From Paraspadella gotoi (lineage: Eukaryota; Animalia; Chaetognatha), in NCBI GenBank assembly GCA_051294375.1, contig CM119271.1, positions 14,638,770 to 14,702,769 of the forward strand: DNA of 64,000 bases, in the 5' to 3' direction. The position numbers and the translations under genes were made by a program. The notes under the pieces were generated by a model. The model made no database searches. It saw only the letters and a list, made by a program, of their open reading frames with translations, and had not been told where the DNA came from. This document shows positions 41,675-58,002 of the stretch, piece after piece (within the stretch, counting starts at the first letter, position 1; the number at the start of each line of letters is the position of its first letter).

Positions 41675-42016
41675 TGCCGCCGATTAAGCGTGGATAGAGA
41701 GCGAGTCTTTGTCTCGCTCTCCTTTTTTAAATCTAATTCAAGGCGACGGAGAGAGTCCCCTTCAATCGCGATGTTGATTACAATCGATTCGATCTCCGCA
41801 TCGAGCGACGGCGTCGAACCGCGGAAGTATTAATCGAAGTATGTCGAGTGTCGCGCGGCATTTGTTTGTTCAAAACGAAATGTCTGAAACAAACAAACAA
41901 TAAATCAACGAAATAAAAGACTAGAAAAACATGGACATCTCGATGAAGGTAACGAAAATAACGAAGACAAAAAAAGAAAATGGCGTCGACTATCTTTATT
42001 TCTGTCTATCTTTTAA

Positions 42017-46645
<4,629 letters not shown>

Positions 46646-49600
46646 GGCCCGGTTAGGATTAAGATGGGGGGGGGGATGAAGGCCGAAGGAATTTCTCTAA
46701 GGTTCTATTCCATTTCTATTGTTTCGGTTTGTTTTCGGATTTTTTTTTTGGTTTTTGTTATTTTGTTTCGCGTTTAAAAACTCTTTATAATGGACTGCAA
46801 CAAAAGAATAAGTGAATTTGGTTATGCACGATTTTTTAAATAAATTTCGACAAATCAAAACTTAAATGGAAACACCAGATTGAAAAATTTGAAAAAATTA
46901 AATATTTAACACGAAGGGTCAATTGGTCAATGGTCATTGTAATAAATTTGTGAAATTTCATTTCGAATCAATCTCTCGAATTACAAATCATGCACCGTAA
47001 GAACAAATCCACGTTGGAAAACGAAATTAAAGACTTTAATAAAAATCAAATTAATATAACGTAAACTTAAAAACTGTTTACATTTTCGCCCGAATTTCAT
47101 CCGACAGACTACAATGATCCTTCGACGAAATCGCGCTAGGTTAAAATCTTCGCAACGACTAATGACTATTTGTATTAACTAATAACCGACTCAGTTCTTC
47201 ATATATCGCATTATTAATAAAGGCGATGCTAAATTATTGATATGCTAAATAATTTTTTTTTAATACTGCTGTCTAAATCTAAATCACAGCAACCAGGTTG
47301 TGTAGACTACTTTTTTACGATTTGTATAAAAATGTAAAAAAAAAAATTGCGAAGAAAAATATTTTTGTATTTGTAAAAGTGTCGATGCATTTTAGAACAA
47401 AAAAAACAATATATAAAATAAACCGATCGAAAGGATATTGAGCAAAAGAAAATACGACTAAAAAAGCATGTGGCACCATTGTTTACAACGAATGAGCGAA
47501 AAATAAAAACTTGAAAACAAAACAAAAAAAAAATAAATACAATTTTTTTTTATAGAATAACGAATCTATCTACGAATCATAAAAGTGGAAACGGAGTGAT
47601 ATGGTGCAAATTAAAATTAACAAATTGTATTATCATTAATAATAATAATAGCATAACAAAAGCCGATACGAATTTTAAGGAAAATCTGATGCACAAAAAC
47701 ATTTAAATGGATTTCTTCTATTTTACAGAATTGCATTGAAAGCATTGCAATCGATCGAAAACGGGTCCAAGACTTCCGACGCGTTTTCGTCAAAACTTAA
47801 AAAACCAGGAGAATCTTTTTTTTTTTTTTTACACGAGAAATTTGGAAAAAATAAAAATGGTCGCTGCTTTCTAATTCAAGCTTCGAGAGGAATGCGATTG
47901 ACTAGGTTTCTTTCTTTTTTTCTAATATAATATTTCTTGTTCGTTTTTTGTTTTAGTAGATGAACGCGATTAAAAAAGCGGAGAGGAGGCGGCGCTGGTG
48001 AATCGCGACGTCGCCATTTTGAACAGTCGGCTCGTCTCAAAGTAAAAAGCACGCGATTGGCAGAATCGAGGTTGGATATTTCCGAGATACAAAGTAAAAA
48101 TAAACGGGGTTTGAAGACATTATTGCTTTACAAATGGTATTGGTCATACTTTTAACAGAAATATGGAAATTCTCGCGAAATATACGACCCTCAAAACAAA
48201 TTAGAAAGACTAGAAGGGATGTGGGAGAATTATAAGTCAACTAAAATGTACCAAAACTGTTTCTTTCTCGGAGGGAGGGAGTTCACGTAGGCTAAGCGTC
48301 AAAAAAGGAAGCTCACGGTTGCAGCATCTACTCGGTGTTACACTAAATTGAGTTACAAACAAATTTCGCCCTTTTTTTTTTGTTTAATCTTTGCTTTTTG
48401 GGAGAAATTGTGAGTTGTGAGGACGAATCGATTCCAAGCAAAAAGAATCCATCGATCAAAAAGGATGATGATCATCGATCAAGTCGGAGGACGACGACGA
48501 CGACGACGACAACCGAACTCGATCGACGATGGAGCAAAACAATGGCGACGATGAGGTGACGATGATTGTCCAAAACGCAATTTTAAGAGGAAAATTAATG
48601 AATTGATACAAAGGTATGGGGATAGGTAAGGTATAAAAATATGGAAAAGATTACTATAAGGAAAGGGTAAATAAGATTTGTTAGGAAAAAAAAAGTTACG
48701 ATTCTAAAAAGATGAGTTTAAACTCGCAGAACTCCTTGACGATTCCCCGACACAAACATATCCAATTATCCAACGAATGTTTAAAAAAACAATAAGAACA
48801 AAATCATATTGCACCGAATTTAAATACAATTTTGGAAAAAAAAAATGTTACCCGAAATATTTCGAAAAAGGTTACGATATTTTGCATAGATTAAATTTTG
48901 AAGAAATCAATTTTGAGAGCCGGACCGAAATTCTAACGGGAGACAAAACCGACGGGGATGACGTTACGATAAAATGGACGAAGGTGAGAAAGAATGAGAG
49001 GGTGAAGAATAAACGAATATAATCGATGGACGGGCAACGAAAAGAAAAAAAGATTTTCGCGGTGACTAATTGACTATTTGACTAATTGGTGGATCGAAAT
49101 GGATGAAATATATCGGTGGACGGTGTTTGCTACAGAAACGAGGAAGCGACTCATTTAAATTGGATTAGGATTCCGTTTTTTTTCTCTCTTTTCAAAATTC
49201 CCTCATTTTTTTCCATCCCTCTTGATCGAAATCGGGGATGGAAATCTTTTTCTGTGACTCGACGACGAAGATATATCCTTTCCTGGGGGAAGAAAGAAAG
49301 AAAAAAGAAAAAGAAAGAAGAATAGAAAAGCACAAAAAGGAAAAAAGTAAGAACAAATCGACTCGAGATGTGAAACGTAGAAGAAAGAGGAAAAAGACCA
49401 GAAAATCTAAGAGGCGAGAGAAAGAAATTACGTATAAATATATATATATATATTTTACACAAGTTAGCGGGACCTAAGAAGAGATACGCACGAAAAGCCG
49501 TTAATATTTTGTAGTTAAACACGATCGTTAAATGAAACTATAATTACGCGGATTCCGTACGCAATAAGTCTTTGTTTTTTAAGATCAGATCGAAGCTGTT

Positions 49601-49945
49601 CACAATCAGCGTAAGTAGTTTTTTTTTTTTTTTTGTGCTTCGCAAAATTGCGCGCGAGTGAATATAAACAATAGTAATAAATGAAAATTAGTTAAATAGT
49701 CGGGCAAAAGGTCGGAAAAGGATACAAAAAAGTCGCACAAGAGCGCTAAATAACTATAAGAGGCGAAGCGATTTTTTTCCTTTAAATTCAATCGCAATTT
49801 TTTTGTGAATTTTTCCTTCTTGCTTATTACGCTAAAATCGTTAATTAGCCGAGAGTGCATTTTTTTATGTATAAATCCTATGTAGGCTATATCCTTTTTC
49901 TTTTAAATAAACATCCACAAAACAACGCGACGTCCGTCATCGTCG

Positions 49946-52900
49946 TCACGCCTGCGACACTTCCCCGTTTTCCACGACGTCGCCCGTCGAAGACGCCATT
50001 CGTTTCTTCTCGTCGGGGACGTACTGAGGGGGGGTGTTGCGTGGAGGGAGTGGCAGTGATGAGGGGAGATGGGAGTGGCAGTCCATAGGAATGATAAATG
50101 TGGGGGGGGAGAGGGGAAAGGAAAAAAGAAATCGGTTATCATTTCAACAAAACCGAGAACTCTATCATATTCACGACAAACGGGGGACAATGCAAAAAAA
50201 AGGGAAAAAAAAGTTTTTTTTTAGAAAAAGTAATAAACATTTTTGGTGGAAGAGGTTTCGGGGTAGAACGGGTTTGACTAATAAAAACCCCAACCGATGA
50301 AAAAGAAGAAATCGCCTCGGGATGATCTCGATGAAAAAAAAGCTACGCTAAGCAGCGGAACTAATATTATCCGATTGTATTTGTATGTAAAATATATAAC
50401 TAAAGTTCCCGGCAGGCATCGTTCGATGCGTCTCTCTCTCTCAATCTCTAAACTAAGACTAAGAGAGAAAAGTATTAGGATCCCATGATGCGATTTGACA
50501 AAGTCATTCACGCAAACCTGAGAGGCAGTTCCCAATTTTCGTCTTCTCTGTCGTTGAACAAATATTTGATGAAAGAATTATTATTACTATTATTACGATT
50601 ATTATTGACTGACATAATTCAGGGATAATTATCTGTAGCATTTCTCTCTCTGGTAAGGGAAGATTGATGGATTTACTGAATAAAAACTGATTTCGAAAAC
50701 GAGGCTAAGGATTTGAAAACAAAAGACCGTCCGATCAACAGATGATCCGATCGCCTGAGGCTGAACCGGTTGTATATTCGAGTCACAACTGGTTGCTGAC
50801 TGAAAAGAAGAAAAGAAAAGAACACATTTCATCCGCTATCCTCACCTGCCCGATGAAAGAGCCCTCCTCGTTGAATTTTCCCGCTTCGCCGTCGCCATAG
50901 AGACCCAGAGAGTCCACGTCCGACTCGACGGGCTTCAACGATCCGTCGAGGGATCCCTGTTGAGAGAATTACAATGTTTATCATTCAATTAAATAATATT
51001 AATCTTCAAACGATTATGAAAAGAAGGGTCTCTCTGACCTGACTTCCCCTCAGCAAATCCCGATCGTCTCCCATTCGCGAGAAATCTTCGAATCCGCCGT
51101 CGCCGTCTCTCTCCACTTCGCAACCGGCTTCGAGCTCCTTTCACGATTCGTAAAACAAAACGGAATCTTATAACATCGTAGCCTTTAGTACATAACATAT
51201 TAGGACTAAGCTCTGACGAACAAAGCCCGAGGTTTTTTTAATATATTCTTATACCGGCCAAGGTAGAATGATGGCAATATTGTTAATATTCAGTTTCCAA
51301 AAAATCCGACTATAAATATAGAAAATATTAACCAAAATCTTCGGAAAATCCACCCCTTCTTGGAAGATTTCCGCCATAGAAGATTTTTCCCGAATCTGAC
51401 TCCTAACAGATCATCGTAGCTCCTCTTTTACTTTACTTTAAATAAAAATTTCACCAAAATTGACTAATTCACTTTACCATGATCGTATCATATCAAAATA
51501 ACCTAATAAAATGTAAAGAAAAATTTTGAGAGCCCTTCAGACACTTTGCCAAAGGATTCCAAAATTGGACCTCATTTGTTGAACAGGAACATACCTCAGT
51601 CACGTTTATATCGTTTTCAAGGAAAAAAATCCCTTTCATTTCTATATAAAATCAGAGATGGAAAATTTTTCCATCCAGAAGCAGTCTATTTGTTCTGGCT
51701 TGTTTGATATCAAGATGTTGATGATTTGACAAGAGAAAAAAAATGCGAGCCCTTCAGATGCAACAGGATCGGAATCAAGTGTTTTTACATCGATATTTTA
51801 CCAGAATTTTTACCAGGAGCGTTTATATTGTTTGGTAGTCAGATTTGAACGAAAAATCTCCATTGAAAAAGTCTTCCTCGATCTCTAAGAACGACGTAGA
51901 CTCCTAAACATATGTTTCATGCTCAACTCCCATTTTCGCCCCACATAATTTCAAATATATTAAATCGAACCAGTCGCGCTTTACCTCCCAAATAGTTTCG
52001 AGCTTCGAATTACGTAAAAAAGGAAATAAAAAATCGGGGGGGGGGGTCGAAAAAAAAAAAAAATAAATAAAACCGTCGATGAAATCAAAAAAAAGTAATT
52101 CAAATCAAAAACAAACCAAAAAAATATGACCCCCCAACAACCCAAATTAAATTAATCCCGAAAACCAACGATTCTACGGACCCGAAACACTTACTAGTAG
52201 CAATTTGCGTTATGGCCAATTAATAAATATGGGTGGAAGCTACAAGCTTCGCCCGCAGGGGAACAACGTCTAAATTCGTTTAAATATGGTGAAAAGAAAA
52301 ATTATTCTAATATATCTTTCCCGAATTTTGAGAATTGGACCGTCACCGAGGGAAAAAAGCGGGAAGTGTCAATCCGCGCCACCAAACAACGAACCCATTC
52401 ATCAGCCTTGGATCCACTTTTCTCTCTCACCTTCTTTTGCACGGGATATCTGCCGCCGCGGTTCCTCTTGATGAGACAGACGATGATGAGAATGATGATG
52501 AGGATGATGATGATGATGAGGATGATGATGAGCCAAGAGATGGCGCCCATCTTGGTGTCGGGTCCGTCGCCGCGGGTCAGAACGGGCACCTCCTCGGAGG
52601 GCGTGTTCGAGTTTTCACCGTTGGACGCGATCACGCGGACCTGCGGTGGAAAAGGGATGATATGAAACGTGATTCCAATACGATGCTGATCGCATCTTAA
52701 CGTCCATTAAAGAATTTGGCGGAAACACGACTATTACATCATCACTAAAACTGGATCTTTTCCTAAACCAAATAGAGAATCACCCAAAATTGCTGACAGT
52801 CTCCTAAAGCGGCCATTATGGGTCGCACAATCTGCTCTTTACGTAACAACAGACCCCAGAAATTGATCCCCTTTCCCCTCACCCAACAAAACCGTACCTC

Positions 52901-55900
52901 TAAAATCAATCCCCTCCTTCCCATCACCAATCAGATCGTCCCCCTTGAAATCAATCCCCTTCCCCTCACCAAATAGAGCGTGCCCGGGTCGAGTCCCCTC
53001 AACTCGACGAACTTGACGGCGACGGGGTCGATCTTCTCCGTCCGTCGCCAGACGACGTCTCCGTGGGGTTTGTACTCGACGAAGAAATGGCTGCCGGGGT
53101 TGTCGCCCTTCGAGGGAATGATGGTCACGTTCATCGTCTTCTCGCTCGGCTGGTGGACTTCGAGCTCGGGGAGTTCGGGGGGATGCACCACTGATAGAGG
53201 GGCGGAGGGGGTGAGCGGAGGGGGTGGGGAGAAGAGGGTGAAGATTAGAGATTCTAAAAAAAAAAGAGATTGATGTCAAGTAAAACATGCAAGACTTTAC
53301 CTGTTGTTCTTTCTTCGCTAAAATTCTCTTCGCCTTCTCCTGGTTTGGTTACACCTGAGAAAGAAGTGGAAAACAATTATTCGCGGACTGTCACATTCCC
53401 CCCCCCAAAAAAAATATTGAATTCAAGGAACGAAAATATTACTACTGAATCAAGAGTTCCCTCAATCAGGCAACTAAGCATTGTTCATTTAGAAATAACG
53501 AAAGACAGAAACGATCAGCAAGCAGATAACCTTAACACCTCTATGTAGTAGACTGAGTACTCACCCCTGACAGTGATTCTGTACATCGTCTTCTCTTTGA
53601 GGTCGAAGAGTCTGACCGAAGTTGCTTTGGGACTGATGAGAGGCTGATAGGCCACCTCGTCCCCGACTTTGAAGTTATTTTCTAAGTTGAAAGGGAAATA
53701 AAATATCAGGTTATTCTAATGAATCATAAAATGTTTTTAATAAGGCACAGACTTTCTCTATAGGTGAGTTTGTAGCCCAGGAGGATCCCATTGATGCGGC
53801 GAGGTTGCTGCCACTGGACTTTGAACTGATCCACGCCAACCGGGATGGCTTTCAGCTTCAGCACGGGCGAGGGGCGACCTAAGGAATGGGGGGGGATTAA
53901 AAACGGAGTCTTTCTCTCTCTCTTTCAATTCTCTCTCTCCCTCTCACCCTCCGGCGTCTCCAAAAAGACTTTCTCCGAGGCCTCGGATTCAAAGAGAGTG
54001 TTCCTGACGCGGATCTGCAGTTCGATCTTAGAGAAGGGGCGGAGGAGCTTGAGGCGGCCGGAGGTGGAGTCGTAAGGAAAGTCGACTTCCTGCATGGAGG
54101 TTTCGCCCTCTTCGCTGACCCAAAACTGGATCTTGTACCCGGCGGGCTTGCCCTGATCCCCCCAAAAAAATGCATCGAATTAAAGTCGTTCGCGTGGTAA
54201 ACCATTGAGTGATGAGTGTGACTTACCATGATGGCTTTTCTGGGGACCTCGTCCCAATAGCAGATGGTCGTAGTTGGTGAGTCGGGTTCGCTGCAACGGA
54301 AATTGCGCGGCGCCATCCGCGGCATCGCCTCTCCGGACCAGCCTAAAAAGAAGTTGAAAAACGCTGTGTGACTATGGCAAAATTGGTCCCTCATTTATAC
54401 TCAATTTAATAATCGACACATAATCCACAAATGGCTGTAAATGGCATAGTTGAGTATGACTAAACAAATGACAAGAGTGTGGCGGTATATTCACACCGCC
54501 TCACGTCCACCATCCTTCAGCCAAATCCATTGGCTCAGAGGGGGAACGCACCGTCCCAGGCGTAGTGTTCCATCCACAGTCCTAACGACTTCCCTCTGCG
54601 TTGGCAAAGCGGGACCGTCCTGGGGTGGCCGCGCCGGTGACAGGAGGCGTCACTGAGGGTCGGGGGCCCCCGGGGCCAACGGTGAGATGCCCCATCCCGG
54701 TGGGCATCACAGGCAACCCGGCTGTTGCCATAAGAGGCGACTTACAAATTCATTTCGCCTTTCACTCTCCACCAATTCCTTAATTCCCAGACTTCACTAA
54801 ACTAACCAGTGAAGACCCTCGCCTCCTCCTTGGACTGTCCCTTCTCGTTGTAGGCGATAACCATGATGTCGTAAGGGACGTAGGTCGGTTGGTTTGGAAC
54901 CGGAAGCGACGACTTGGAGGCGTCGCTGATCTTCATCGACTCCCAAGACGAGGGACGGTTGAGATTCTGCCGTCGATACTTGATGATGTAGTAGAATCCG
55001 AGTCCGTTCTGATCGATCGGCGGCATCGGCTTCCATCGGATGACCAAGTTGTTGGGGGTGGTGCCTGGAGGAAGCGGGGGGGGGGACTTTAGTTTACAAA
55101 GCAAGAACGGATTTTGAATCATTTTCTCACCTTCTCCCTTGACGTCGTCGGGGTTCTTGTCCGGTGTGTCGGGAGGAGTGGCGCAGACTCGAGAAGGCGC
55201 CGACGCTTCGGAGACGCCGATCTTGTTGCGGGCGATCACTCTGAAGGTGTAGTTGACCCAAGGGGACAGCGGAATCTCCGCGGAAAAAGTCCCGGGTTCC
55301 AGATCGGTGGCGGCGTCTTGCCACAGGTCAGGCTCGAAGGTGGTGTTGTACTGAAGCAAAGTAGGGAAGTGAAAGCAAATTGAAGATAAACGCACCACAA
55401 AAAAAAAAAACTAAAAAAAAAACAAAAAAAAAAACCAACCTGGACGATGTAGTTGAGGATCGGCGAGCGACCGTCTTTGTTCGGTTTCCACGAAATGACG
55501 GCCTCGCGAGCGCGGCACTGCAAAGCGTAAAATAAGCATAAAATAAATTAAAATATCTCTGATTTAGAGGATGAATCTCGTCGGTAATTTTTTTTTTTCA
55601 AAACCCTTCGACAACGGAGAAAATATAAATTCCCTCACCTGCACAATTTGCGGTGTGAAAGGCGGCATCGGCACGTCGAGGACGGAGAGGGCAGCGGCGG
55701 CCTCGGCGGAGTCGAGCTCCGTCTTCGCCACGCAGGCGTATTCGCCCGAATCCCCGTCCGCCACGGACAGAATCTCCACCGAGGCCTCCGCGTGGCCGGA
55801 GGCGCTCGCTACGTTGGAGACCCTTTGAGAAAGGGATTTGGGGGGAATCGTGGGAATTGGTGATTGAAGTTATGGGAGACGTGATTTGAGGTGAACGTGG

Positions 55901-56068
55901 GGAAATACATAAAAGTACATTGATGTGTAGATGAGGTCTAATTAAAGAAAAAAATTCGAAAATAATTTTGTAGGATGTATAAAAATAGGTACGGTTAAAA
56001 CTTAAATCCAATCGCGGTCTAAGCATTTAACCTGCTACATCATCGCTAATCAACGAATACTAATAATG

Positions 56069-56100
<32 letters not shown>

Positions 56101-57945
56101 CTAACTGATGGGTAGGTCCATCATCTCTATCTCTCTATGAGTAAAGTCAAAGGAAAAGTCCAAAAAATAGGCAAAAAAAGTATATTCTCTGAAAGGGAGC
56201 TCGCGAGCTGAAGTAGAACCCAAGACAGAACTAAAATCTCTCTCTTTGCTCCTTCTGTCTTCGCTCGATGAGGAGGAAGGGAAAAGGAGGAAAAGAGGCG
56301 GAAGAGGAAGAAGAAAAGGCGTCTCGAGCGAGAATGGGGAAGAGAAATGGGGGAATCCAGTGAAATATACTCATCCCTATATCTGATAATAATAATACAA
56401 AAAGATTTCATCAATCTCCGAGTTTTTTACCTGACGTAGCCGCCGGACGTGAGCTTCGTTCCGTCCTTCTTCCAAACGACGCTGAGCGGAAGCGAAGGAT
56501 CTCCCTCCGCGACGCAACGGAAAGACGCCGAGGTGGCGACGCGGGTCACCACGGGGCTGGGGACAGTCTGGGAGGGTTCGAGCGAGGAGATACTGTATAC
56601 TGTATGCTGTAATGGCCCCGAAAGCGCAATCTTTAAACTGACGTGCAACAAAATCTATCTCTCTCTGTCTCTGAGACACCGGACTTAATAACAGATTTAA
56701 TAACCGATTTAATAATTTAATAATAATTTAATAACCGACTTAATAACCGATTCTGTCACTTGTCCTCAAGTTTTTCAATCATCGTGTCGATAAAACAACT
56801 TGGCGGCATCAATTGTTTTTTTTTTTTTTTTAAGAATAAACCACTCTCGATTTGAACCTTGTGTCGTCACAATATCTCTTGGCAAATTAGTAGACATTAC
56901 GATTATTTTCTCTTACCCTTATAACCGTCTTCTTTCTGATCTCTAGCTCTCCCGATGCGCTTATGTCACCGAAGGTGTTGTTCGCCAAGCAGGTGTAGAG
57001 TCCCTGATCGCTGTGCTTGACGGAGGAGATGACCAAGTCTCCGTTGTCGAGGATCTTATAGCGGCTTCCGCGGAGAACTTGGGCCCCGCGGGACCACGTG
57101 ATCTTCGGCTGCGGAGCGCCGAACGTGCGGCACTTGAGCACCGCGTCGGAGTCTTCTACCACACGGGCTTTCTTTTCCGGATGCTGCGGGGGGGAAGAAG
57201 GGAGGAACTGATCTCTGCTTTCGATTTCGCTCAGTCCCGAAATTCAAAATAATTCACACCTCGGTGAACATGGGAGGCTCGGCCAAGACGTTCAAGTAGG
57301 TGTCGGCGAAAACGTAGCCGTGCACGTTGGAAGCGTTGCACTGAAACACGGCCGTGTCTTGATCCCTCTTTAAATCTTTAAAAGATGGGGGGGGGGAGAT
57401 CGTCAGTGATAAAATTCCTTTTTCGCGTGAAATTCGCGAAAATGAGTGATTGTAATTCACTAATTGATACTCACTGGTGATGGTGAGATTTCCTCCACGA
57501 AGAATGTGGCGACTTCTTCCCAGTTTGTCGAGATCTACTTCTTCCCCGTTTCTGAATAATTTGAAGTTGGACGTCAATTTGATGTTTTAATAAACTCTGT
57601 GATACTCCCAAAAGAAAGACTACGACTTACCGGTACAGGGTGATGGTCGGCGGTGGATTTCCGTTAGCGACGCAGTTGTAGGAAAAAGTTTCGCCGTCCG
57701 CTTTGTTGGCGTCGGTGGGTTTAGAAGTGAAGAAGGGTTTTGCTTGGACCTGGACAGGAAAAGGATAACTCGTGGGTTCCAATATCAATGAAAAAGCAGG
57801 AATCGTATGAACTGACTTGCACAGTGATAACTCTCCTCTTGCGGGAACCAATGCCGTTCTCGGCAGCGCACTCGTATTGCCCTTGGTCAGAAAAATCCAC
57901 TCTGATGGAGAAAAATGAGAAATAAATGTAAATAAGAAATGAATT

Positions 57946-58002
<57 letters not shown>

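Noticed and set aside
47307-50535. Short ORFs in the AT-rich gap
   Set aside because: K/F-rich translations of homopolymer tracts without the exon-like GC content seen in real genes here.
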